DNA of 64,000 bases from Myxococcota bacterium (GTDB taxonomy: Bacteria; Myxococcota_A; UBA796; GCA-2862545): positions 34,039 to 98,038 of the forward strand of contig JBCCQY010000010.1 of assembly GCA_039208735.1 (NCBI GenBank). The letters are read 5' to 3'. This document shows, piece after piece, positions 19,575-28,111 of this stretch. The position numbers and the translations under genes are program-made. The notes under the pieces are model-generated. The model made no database searches, was not told the DNA's origin, and saw nothing but the letters and a program-made list of their open reading frames with translations. The first letter of the stretch is position 1; every line of letters starts with the position of its first letter.

Positions 19575-21326
19575 ATGGATTCGTTGTTTGCGGAACTTCG
19601 GGCAAACCCCGCAGATGGTGCGCTTCGGGAAGTCGTTCTCGACCATTGGCTCGAACATGGAGATCCCCGCAGCGCTTGGGGTTCGGCGCTGCGACGTCGG
19701 GATGAAGCCACCGCCACCCTCGAACGGCAACGACTCGTCCAGGGACCGTGGCCCGCTCCGCCCCGTCGAATTCGCGCAGAGGCAGGGTTCGTCTTGGAGG
19801 TCGAAGTCCACCTCGAGGACTTCGTAAACGCCACCCCTCGGGCGCCAAGTTTCGACGCGCATCCTTTGGCCATCGTGACCCTGCGCATCCCTAGCCAGCG
19901 TGAGGTCCGCGAAGGTTCCGCGCTCACCCCTGACAAGCTCGATGACGCGTGGACCCGCTTCGTCCTCGCCTGTGGCTCCGTTTACGGCCTTCGCCTTCTC
20001 GACGTGGGCGAATGGTCGTTGCCCCTTGCCGTTGAAGCCATCCAGCGATCGAAGCCTGCGGTAGCCCAGATCGCGTTTGTCGAACCGATCCCTGCGCCAC
20101 CAACCTCCTGGCCCTGGGTACGGGACATCGGCCTCGAAGGAATCACCGCCGACCATGTCGCAGACTGGCTACAAGCCGTACCCAACGCCGGCCGAATCGC
20201 CTTGCGGAGCCCACCTCGCGGGCATGGCCAAGAGCCAGATGAAACCTTGGTTAGGGCCTGGCTCGACCTTGACCGCAGTTGGCGGGAAGCCGACCTCCGG
20301 GGATGCGATATTGCGGCCCGCGATCTGGCCCGCATCGACAACCGAGCCGCGTGGATTCGCCATCCGCATCGCCATCTGCACGCGGCCCACCCACTCGACG
20401 ACCCCTTTGGAGACCGGGGCCATCGCATCCTAAGCCACACCGGCCAACGTCGCGGCGCGGTGACCTGGAGCGAAGAGGTCGACAATCGCTGGGCCCTAAG
20501 CGAAGGCACGATTTGCAGGTGGAATCTCGATGATGCGCCGGAAGACCGATTCACCCACGAACACCCCATCACCGCGTTGTTGGGCTTACCCCAGAACCTG
20601 GTGGTGGGAGACGAAAAGGGGCACCTGCTCTTGCGTTCGTTCGGCTCCCATGCGGCCGCTCGGGGGATGGGGTCTTTCGCCAAAGTGGACGGGCCCGTTC
20701 TTCAGCTCGCCTGCCCCTTACGGGCAAAACCGAGCATCGTGTTCCGTACGCCAACCCAATACGGAGAAGTCGACCTTCAGGGACGATTCATCGCATTGCA
20801 CGAAGAATCGGTTGATGGAATCGCAGCTTTGGCGGATCGCGTGCTCGTCGCCCGAGGGTCCGTGCTCTCGGGCTTCAAAAACGGCCGTGAGATCGACTTT
20901 GGGGACTCCATCACAGGGCTTGCGGGCTGTCCTCGAGGCACTGCCGCCGTGATTGCGGGAACGTGGGTTTACTGGCTCAACGCCACGCAGGTGTCGTGGG
21001 TGGGACGTGCGGAGCCGGGCATGAGCCGGATTTCGATTTGGGACGACGCCATCGCCTGGGTGGAACGCCCACAGGGAGTGCGGCTGGTCGATCTCCCCTT
21101 CGAACGCCACCACCTCACCTACCCCAATCGCTACCAGAACGGCGACGAGTCGCTCGAGGTAGCCGACGTGTCGCTACACCCGGATGGAACGCTGCTCGTC
21201 GTCCTCGAAAGGGGAGGGGCCAACCTGCGGGTCGGCCGCGACCTTCTCAAACTCGACGAACATCCCGGTGAGCCCTACCGGCGCTGGATCTTCGTGCACG
21301 ACGGCGACATTCTCATCGCCAGTTGA
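19575..21326 (+). CDS. TIGR02996-like N-terminal domain protein with C-terminal beta-propeller-like region
   Basis: LFAELRANPADGALREVVLDHWLEHGDPR; degenerate WD40-like segments (HEHPITAL, DVSLHPDGTLLVV). Confidence 0.65.
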   Translation: MDSLFAELRANPADGALREVVLDHWLEHGDPRSAWGSALRRRDEATATLERQRLVQGPWPAPPRRIRAEAGFVLEVEVHLEDFVNATPRAPSFDAHPLAIVTLRIPSQREVREGSALTPDKLDDAWTRFVLACGSVYGLRLLDVGEWSLPLAVEAIQRSKPAVAQIAFVEPIPAPPTSWPWVRDIGLEGITADHVADWLQAVPNAGRIALRSPPRGHGQEPDETLVRAWLDLDRSWREADLRGCDIAARDLARIDNRAAWIRHPHRHLHAAHPLDDPFGDRGHRILSHTGQRRGAVTWSEEVDNRWALSEGTICRWNLDDAPEDRFTHEHPITALLGLPQNLVVGDEKGHLLLRSFGSHAAARGMGSFAKVDGPVLQLACPLRAKPSIVFRTPTQYGEVDLQGRFIALHEESVDGIAALADRVLVARGSVLSGFKNGREIDFGDSITGLAGCPRGTAAVIAGTWVYWLNATQVSWVGRAEPGMSRISIWDDAIAWVERPQGVRLVDLPFERHHLTYPNRYQNGDESLEVADVSLHPDGTLLVVLERGGANLRVGRDLLKLDEHPGEPYRRWIFVHDGDILIAS

Positions 21327-21328
21327 CC

Positions 21329-21880
21329 TTACGCGAGCAGGTGGCTGCCGAACGAAAGCAGGCATGCCACACCGCTCACCAACAGCAAGCCCGCGAGCGC
21401 GGAAACCCAGATGAGAACAGGGGCAAGCAACACCGCGGCCGTGGCGGCAAACCCCTGTTCGGTCATTTGCAAGGTGGCTCGAACAAACCACAGGTTGTGG
21501 ACCCAGGCCACCGTCGCCCCCAGGGTCGGGAGGCCGACGGCAGCCAGATTGAGGGGGGAACCTCCGCCACCTCTTTCCATCCACCAGCTGGCGTAGTCCA
21601 CCGCCACCAGACCCCCTCCGGCCAGGGCAGCGACCGCAGGTACGATGGTGGTCACCCAGGCGACCTCGCGGCCCGGACGAGCATGCGCCAACACGTGCTC
21701 GGTCAATCGCCCAAGCCCCGCGCCAATGAGTGCCGTCAGCGCCAGCAACACGGTCACCTGAAAGACGCGTTCCACCGCGATGGGAAGCAACAATCCCGCA
21801 ACCGACAACACGGCAAACCCAGCATAGTGAAGCGGCCAGTCGATTTCGTGCAGGGGTGGATGCCCGTGCTTCGCCTTCAT
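21329..21880 (-). CDS. Hypothetical membrane protein
   Basis: About 5-6 hydrophobic segments from the ATG at 21880. Confidence 0.65.
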   Translation of the reverse strand: MKAKHGHPPLHEIDWPLHYAGFAVLSVAGLLLPIAVERVFQVTVLLALTALIGAGLGRLTEHVLAHARPGREVAWVTTIVPAVAALAGGGLVAVDYASWWMERGGGGSPLNLAAVGLPTLGATVAWVHNLWFVRATLQMTEQGFAATAAVLLAPVLIWVSALAGLLLVSGVACLLSFGSHLLA

Positions 21881-22025
21881 GGCACTACCATAGGCCAAGC
21901 GTAGACGGATTCGCGACTCGGTTTGCGCCTGATGCCGAAAGGCCCAACCTATCACGATCACCCCATGAAAGCGTGGGGTATGCTGCGCGAGCGCGGCCAG
22001 GATTGGCTGACAGTACGGGAGACGA

Positions 22026-25000
22026 ATGACGCCCCGACGCTTAGCGATCGGCATCGATGTGGGTTCCACCACCGTCAAAGCGGTGGTCTGTGACCGCGAC
22101 ACCCTCGAAATCGTCTGGCAGGACTACAAGCGGCACGAGACGCGGCAGCCCGAGATGGTTCAGGAGTTCCTGGTGCGCATCGGCGATGCGTTTCCCCACG
22201 CCGAAGACCTTCGGGTGTTCTGCACCGGGTCCGGTTCGGGGCCACTCGCCAAGCCCATCGGCGCCAAGTTCGTGCAGGAAGTCAACGCCGTCACACTTGC
22301 CGTGGAACGGCTGCACCCCAACGTGGGCAGCGTCGTCGAACTGGGTGGGCAGGATGCCAAGATCATCATGTTCCGCGAGCAGCAGGGCCCAGATGGCAAG
22401 GTCGAGAAGACCGCGATCACCTCGATGAACGACAAGTGTGCGTCGGGGACCGGAGCCACCATCGACAAATGCATGCTCAAGGTGGGCATGGAGCCGTCGG
22501 TGATTGGCAATCTGCGTTTCGACCCCACGCGGCTGCACCACGTTGCCGCGAAGTGTGGTGTGTTCGCCGAAACCGATATCGTAAACCTCGTCAAATCGGG
22601 CATTCCGAGTGACGAAATCATGAACAGTCTGGCCGACGCCATCGTGCACCAGAACCTGTCGGTGCTCACGCGCGGCAACACCCTGCGCGACGAGGTGCTG
22701 CTGCTCGGGGGACCCAACAAGTATCTGCCCTTCCTCGTCACCTGCTGGCGCATGCGCATTCGCGAAAGCTGGGAGTCCCGCGGCTACGACTATCCGAAGG
22801 ACCGCCCCATCGAGGAGCTGGTCTATACCCCTGACAACGCCGAGTATTATGCGGCGTTTGGCGCGGTGCTCTACGGGATTACTGACGCAGCGGCCAAACT
22901 CGAAGGCCAGTACCTCGGCCTCAACGGGCTTCGCGACTACATCGCGAACGGTCGTTCGGCACGCCTTGGCGATTCTGCGGCCGGACCGTTGGTCGAAACC
23001 CAGGACGAACTCGACGCGTTCACCGCCGAATACACCATTCCGAAGTTCGAGGCTCGGGAGTTCAAGAAAGGCGAGGTCGTCCGTGGCGTCATCGGGCTCG
23101 ACGGTGGCTCGACCTCATCGAAGGCGGTGCTCGTCGACTACGAGGATGGGGAGGTCGTCTACAAGGCGTACACCCTGTCGAAGGGCAATCCCATCCAGGA
23201 CACCAAGGACATCCTGGCCGAAATCAAGGGATACGTCGAGTCTTTTGGGGCTTCGCTTGAGTGTATGGGCTTCGGGGCAACCGGCTATGCGGCCGACGTG
23301 CTCGAGGAGTCCGTTCGTGCCGACGTCAACATCGTCGAGACCGTCGCCCATATGCAGAGCGCGGTTCGCTACGTACCTGACGCCGACGTGGTCTGTGACA
23401 TCGGCGGACAGGACATCAAGGTCTTGTTCCTCCGCGAAAACGAGAGCGGGGGCCGTGATGTCAAAGACTTCCGCCTGTCGAACCAGTGTTCTGCAGGCAA
23501 CGGAATGCTCCTGCAGGCGATGGCCGACCAGTTCGGCGTGCCCCTCCAGGAGTACGCTTCCACCGCGTTCTCAGCCGGCTTGGCGCCCAAGTTCTCCTAC
23601 GGCTGCGCGGTGTTCCTCGACGCCGACCGCGTGAACTTCCAAAAGGAAGGCTTCCAGAAGGCCGAGATGCTCGCGGGGCTCGCCCAGGTGCTGCCCAAGA
23701 ACGTGTGGCAATACGTCGTTCAGGTGCCCCGGCTCGCCGAGTTCGGTCGGGTCTACGTCCTTCAGGGAGGCACCCAGCGCAACCTGGCCGCGGTCAAGGC
23801 CCAGGTCGACTACATCAAGGACCGCGTGCCCAACGCCAAGGTCGTGGTCCATCCGCACTGCGGGGAAGCGGGGGCCATCGGCGCGGCCATGGAAACGCTT
23901 CGTGTCGTCAAGAAGCGCGGGGAAAGCACCTTCATCGGCATCGATCAGGCCATCGACCTCGCGTACTCCACCAAGAACGACGAGTCGACGGTTTGCCATT
24001 TCTGCCCCAACCTCTGCAGCCGCACCTTCATCGACACGGAAACGCCGGACGGGCGTACATCGCGCTACATCTCGGGCTTTTCCTGTGAAAAGGGCACGGT
24101 CGAGAGCAAGGATGCGCTGAAGGCCCTCCAGAAGGAGCGGAACGCAACGCGCAAGCAGTTCCCCAACCTCGTCGAGTACGAATCCAAGCTGGCATTCCAG
24201 CACTTCCGCGAGCCTGCGCCACTGCCCCACGCCGGTTCGAGCAAAAACGACGTCCACGTGAGGCGTTTGTCGTTCCGCCGGGTGGTTCGCAAAGCCATCC
24301 AGCGCGGCTTCAAGCGGAGCAATGTCGACCTTACGAAGGTAAAAATTGGCATCCCGCGCGTGCTCAATCTCTACACGGTGGCGCCGTTCGTTCGCACGTA
24401 CTTCGAGACCCTCGGCATGCCGAAGCAGAACATCGTGTTCTCGACCCCCACCTCCGAAGAGATGTGGCAGGAGGGCGGCCGGTACGGCTCGATCGACCCG
24501 TGCTACCCGTCAAAGGTCATTCAGGCGCACGTCCATGAGCTGCTGTTCCACGCCCACAAGGACGAGCGAAAGCGTCGGGGCCCCCTCGACTACATCTTCT
24601 TCCCCTGCATCACCCACATTCCTACATGGATGGACGGCGTGATGGACAGCACCAGCTGCACCATCGTGGCCGGAGCTCCGAACGTGACCAAGGCCGCGTT
24701 CACCAAGGAAATCGACTTCTTCGCCCGCGAAGGCATCGAATTCCTCGACCCTTCACTCAACTTCACCGAGCCTAACCTCCTCAAGAAGCAGCTCTTCGAC
24801 GGGTTCGGGCCTGTGCTCGGCATCACCGAAGACGAAAGCGACTGGGCGGTCGACGAAGCCTTCAAGGCGATGGACGACTTCGCGGAGCGCATGCAGAAGG
24901 CGGGTCGCGAAATCCTCGACCGGGTGAAGCGTGAAAACAGGGTCGCCATCTTGATGATCGGCCGCCCCTACCACATGGACCCTGGCCTCAACCACGGGAT

Positions 25001-25499
25001 TCCCGAGGAATTCCAGGTTCGTGGGTACCCGATCCTCTCGATTCGCAGCCTGCCGCAGCAGCGCGAATGGTGGCAGCAGTACTTTGGGGCCGACGACCCG
25101 CTCGACATTCGCGACGTCTGGCCCGAGAACTTCTCGACGAACTCCGCGCAGAAGGTCTGGGCGGCAAGGCTCGCCTCGCGCCACCCGAACCTCGCGCTGC
25201 TCGATTTGTCGAGCTTCAAGTGCGGCCACGATGCGCCGACCTACGGCATCATCGACAACATCGTGAAAGCGGCCAACGTCCCCTATGCGGCGTTGCATGA
25301 CCTCGACGCGAACAAGCCCGGCGGATCCATCCTCATCCGCGTCCGGACGTACGTGCACAAGCTGAAGCTCGTCGAGGACGAACTCCGCGAGAAAGCCGAG
25401 GCCCACGCCGAACTCGACCGCTTGCTCGAGGCCAAACGAGCCGAACTCAAGGCCCAAATCCTGGCCCGCCGCCGCGAACTCATCAATGCTGCCAAGTAG
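22026..25499 (+). CDS. Double BadF/BadG/BcrA/BcrD ATPase activase fused to a dehydratase/reductase (DUF2229-like) domain; PlsA-like
   Basis: GIDVGSTT...ELGGQDAK...NDKCASGTG...CGVFA; second GLDGGSTS...DIGGQD...QCSAGNG...CAVF; CHFCPNLC linker; IGIPRVLN, DPCYPSK, FKCGHD. Confidence 0.9.
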   Translation: MTPRRLAIGIDVGSTTVKAVVCDRDTLEIVWQDYKRHETRQPEMVQEFLVRIGDAFPHAEDLRVFCTGSGSGPLAKPIGAKFVQEVNAVTLAVERLHPNVGSVVELGGQDAKIIMFREQQGPDGKVEKTAITSMNDKCASGTGATIDKCMLKVGMEPSVIGNLRFDPTRLHHVAAKCGVFAETDIVNLVKSGIPSDEIMNSLADAIVHQNLSVLTRGNTLRDEVLLLGGPNKYLPFLVTCWRMRIRESWESRGYDYPKDRPIEELVYTPDNAEYYAAFGAVLYGITDAAAKLEGQYLGLNGLRDYIANGRSARLGDSAAGPLVETQDELDAFTAEYTIPKFEAREFKKGEVVRGVIGLDGGSTSSKAVLVDYEDGEVVYKAYTLSKGNPIQDTKDILAEIKGYVESFGASLECMGFGATGYAADVLEESVRADVNIVETVAHMQSAVRYVPDADVVCDIGGQDIKVLFLRENESGGRDVKDFRLSNQCSAGNGMLLQAMADQFGVPLQEYASTAFSAGLAPKFSYGCAVFLDADRVNFQKEGFQKAEMLAGLAQVLPKNVWQYVVQVPRLAEFGRVYVLQGGTQRNLAAVKAQVDYIKDRVPNAKVVVHPHCGEAGAIGAAMETLRVVKKRGESTFIGIDQAIDLAYSTKNDESTVCHFCPNLCSRTFIDTETPDGRTSRYISGFSCEKGTVESKDALKALQKERNATRKQFPNLVEYESKLAFQHFREPAPLPHAGSSKNDVHVRRLSFRRVVRKAIQRGFKRSNVDLTKVKIGIPRVLNLYTVAPFVRTYFETLGMPKQNIVFSTPTSEEMWQEGGRYGSIDPCYPSKVIQAHVHELLFHAHKDERKRRGPLDYIFFPCITHIPTWMDGVMDSTSCTIVAGAPNVTKAAFTKEIDFFAREGIEFLDPSLNFTEPNLLKKQLFDGFGPVLGITEDESDWAVDEAFKAMDDFAERMQKAGREILDRVKRENRVAILMIGRPYHMDPGLNHGIPEEFQVRGYPILSIRSLPQQREWWQQYFGADDPLDIRDVWPENFSTNSAQKVWAARLASRHPNLALLDLSSFKCGHDAPTYGIIDNIVKAANVPYAALHDLDANKPGGSILIRVRTYVHKLKLVEDELREKAEAHAELDRLLEAKRAELKAQILARRRELINAAK

Positions 25500-25534
25500 A
25501 CTTTCCCGACCCGTGAGATGGATGGAGCGCCCCC

Positions 25535-27133
25535 ATGATGTCCGATGAAGCCGATCTGGACCCCAGCGAATCGCTGAACGACGCCGAACGCGAAGAACTC
25601 GAACGGGAACTCGCGGGATTCCGTGCCGAGCAGGTCAAGGCGCTTGGCCTCGACCGGCCGCAGTACACCGAGCAGGTCTCGGCCGAATTCTGGGCGGATC
25701 AGCGTCCCCACACCACCATCTTGGTCTCGGGACTTTCGCTGGCCCACGACCACCTCGTGACCGCGGCGCTCGCCGGGATTGGCTACAAAGTGGCCACCCT
25801 CGACGTTCCTGACGTTGAGTCCCTCCAGGTGGGTAAGGAATTCGGAAACCGGGGGCAGTGCAGCCCGACGTACTTCACGGTCGGCAACCTGGTAAAGACG
25901 CTCATCCACAAGCGCGACGTCGAAGGCGAGTCGGTCGAAGACATTGTCAACAGCTACGTCTTCCTGACGGCCGGGGGCTGCGGCCCGTGCCGGTTCGGCA
26001 TGTACGTCACGGAGTACCGCAAGGCCTTACGCGACGCGGGCTTTGACGGCTTCCGGGTCATGACCTTCCAGATGGCGGGCGGCATCAACCAGGCCACGGG
26101 CAAGGAACTCGGTCTCAAGATCGACCCCACCTTCGCCTGGCAGATCGTCCGGTCGCTCATCGCAGGGGATGTGCTCAACCTCATGGGCTACCGTCTGCGG
26201 CCCTACGAAGTGGTGCCCGGCAGCACCAACGAAGCCATTGAGCAGTGCAAGGCCGTGTTGTCGCACACGCTGCGGAACCGTGGCCGCATCTCGCTCGCCA
26301 TGCTGAAATGCCGCCGCATCCTTGGCAAGGTCAAGGTCGACCGCACCCAGCCCAAGCCGGTGGTCAGCCTCATCGGTGAGTTCTGGGCCATGACCACCGA
26401 AGGCGACGGCAACTACCACATGCAGAAGTTCCTCGAGAAGGAGGGCGCCGAGGTCGACATCCAGGGCATCACGAACTGGTTGTTGTTCCTGTTGTGGGAA
26501 GCCGGGTACGACACCGAGGTCCGGCAGGAGCTGCGCAACGAAGACGAAGCGCGCAAGGGCCTCAAGGGCAAGGACGCGACCAAGAAGATCTGGGGCGTCA
26601 AGGCCGGCTACTACGCGGTTCGGGCCATCTTCCAGACCTACGCGAACATCGTCGGGCTGCACAACTACCACCTCCCCGACATGCACGAAATCGCTCGAAT
26701 CTCGAAGGAGCACTACAGCAACGACGTCCGCGGTGGCGAAGGCCACATGGAAGTCGGCAAGCTCATCCACTTTGTGGTCGACAAGGTCAACCACATGACG
26801 GTGTCGGTCAAGCCGTTTGGCTGCATGCCGAGTTCGGGCGTTTCGGACGGCGTGCAAAGCCGCGTGCTGGGGGACTACCCCGAGGCCATCTTCGTCGCGA
26901 TCGAGACCACCGGCGACCAGGAAGTCAACGCTCACTCGCGCGTGCAGATGCAGATGTTCAAGGCCCGTCAGCGGGCCCAGGAAGAGTTCGAGCGCGCACT
27001 CGAAGAGACGGGCCTCACCAAAGAGGAGTTCAAGCGGCGGGTTGCCAAATCTTGGCGATTCCGCAACAGCTTCGTGCGGCCGAAGCACCGGGTGGCGGGC
27101 CTCGCCGCCAACCTCGTCTACGCGGTGGCGTGA
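25535..27133 (+). CDS. 2-hydroxyacyl-CoA dehydratase/reductase-type subunit; PlsR-like
   Basis: GKEFGNRGQCSP, GGCGPCRFGMY, IGEFW, GGEGHME, KPFGCMP. Confidence 0.85.
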   Translation: MMSDEADLDPSESLNDAEREELERELAGFRAEQVKALGLDRPQYTEQVSAEFWADQRPHTTILVSGLSLAHDHLVTAALAGIGYKVATLDVPDVESLQVGKEFGNRGQCSPTYFTVGNLVKTLIHKRDVEGESVEDIVNSYVFLTAGGCGPCRFGMYVTEYRKALRDAGFDGFRVMTFQMAGGINQATGKELGLKIDPTFAWQIVRSLIAGDVLNLMGYRLRPYEVVPGSTNEAIEQCKAVLSHTLRNRGRISLAMLKCRRILGKVKVDRTQPKPVVSLIGEFWAMTTEGDGNYHMQKFLEKEGAEVDIQGITNWLLFLLWEAGYDTEVRQELRNEDEARKGLKGKDATKKIWGVKAGYYAVRAIFQTYANIVGLHNYHLPDMHEIARISKEHYSNDVRGGEGHMEVGKLIHFVVDKVNHMTVSVKPFGCMPSSGVSDGVQSRVLGDYPEAIFVAIETTGDQEVNAHSRVQMQMFKARQRAQEEFERALEETGLTKEEFKRRVAKSWRFRNSFVRPKHRVAGLAANLVYAVA

Positions 27134-28092
27134 TCGGGCTGCGTGGGCGAACGCCTCGGGGTCAACACCTCGACGAGTTCGGTCACGCGGTCAAGGGCGG
27201 CGCTCACGTCGAGCGCGCCGTCCGTGACAACATGAATCACCTCGCCGGTACGCAGCTCGGAAGCGGGGTGCGCTGCCAGCACGTCGAGCACGGGCCCTCG
27301 CACCGCATCTCGGGCCAGTCGCCGCCCGAGTTCTCCGAGATCGCTCGAGCTGGCGCTTAGCGCCTGATCGAGGACCAGATCGCCCAGCGGCCCCCCGGGG
27401 CCTTGGCGTGCCTTCACCCGAGTGCTGATGGGCAACGGAACGGGCAGCTCCGCGCGAATGGACAAGGTCCAGTGGTCATCCTTGAGGCGGGGGCCCACCA
27501 ATGACAGGCCCACCCCATCGACCATGCCGCGCAGCTCGCCGGGACGTCCGGGCGTAGGCACGGGGCGAGGCACGGCCGGCAGGACGCGCTCCAATCCCGT
27601 TTCGATGAGCTCCCGGTAGCGGCGCTGCAGTTGTCGCACCATCGTCACGACGCTCTGGATGCCGTCGGCGAGTTCGACCTGGCGTTGCGCACTGGTGAAG
27701 GGCGAGAATTGTCGGGGGCGACGCAAGATGACCGAAGCCCCGAGTTCGACTCGCCAGCCTCGAGCCTGGAGCCGATCCACGATGGGTTGGATGGGCACCA
27801 TCAACCGCTCTCCGTCGCGGCCCGCCTTCTTCGTGCCAAGGCGAAACCCTCGGGGCGTGGGAAAGGGTAGCTTGGCCCGAACGCTCCAAGGGTCGTTCGG
27901 TTCAACGTCCACCTGGACCACCACGTAGACCCCGTCGCGACGTCCGCTCCAGCGCCCAAGTTCGGTCACGACAAGCCCATGTTCCCGGGCTTGTCGTGAC
28001 TGCTCGACCCACAACTGCGCGCGGCGCTGCCGGAGGGCGCCCATCAGCGCCGCCATGGCCGACAGGCCAGTGATCACGATCCACGGATCCAT
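27118..28092 (-). CDS. Membrane-anchored hypothetical protein with internal duplication
   Basis: N-terminal TM; two G..DGV...W...RA(K/E)LP.P.P units. Confidence 0.65.
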   Translation of the reverse strand: MDPWIVITGLSAMAALMGALRQRRAQLWVEQSRQAREHGLVVTELGRWSGRRDGVYVVVQVDVEPNDPWSVRAKLPFPTPRGFRLGTKKAGRDGERLMVPIQPIVDRLQARGWRVELGASVILRRPRQFSPFTSAQRQVELADGIQSVVTMVRQLQRRYRELIETGLERVLPAVPRPVPTPGRPGELRGMVDGVGLSLVGPRLKDDHWTLSIRAELPVPLPISTRVKARQGPGGPLGDLVLDQALSASSSDLGELGRRLARDAVRGPVLDVLAAHPASELRTGEVIHVVTDGALDVSAALDRVTELVEVLTPRRSPTQPDHATA

Positions 28093-28111
28093 GACTCAAC
28101 CGTAGCCTGCG

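Noticed and set aside
21929..21979. CTGATG-CCGAAAGG and a neighbouring hairpin upstream of the plsA-like gene, resembling a hammerhead or riboswitch
   Set aside because: Lacks the A of CUGAnGA and the separate GAAA core after stem II. There are only two short hairpins, and no FNR or Rex box is recognisable.
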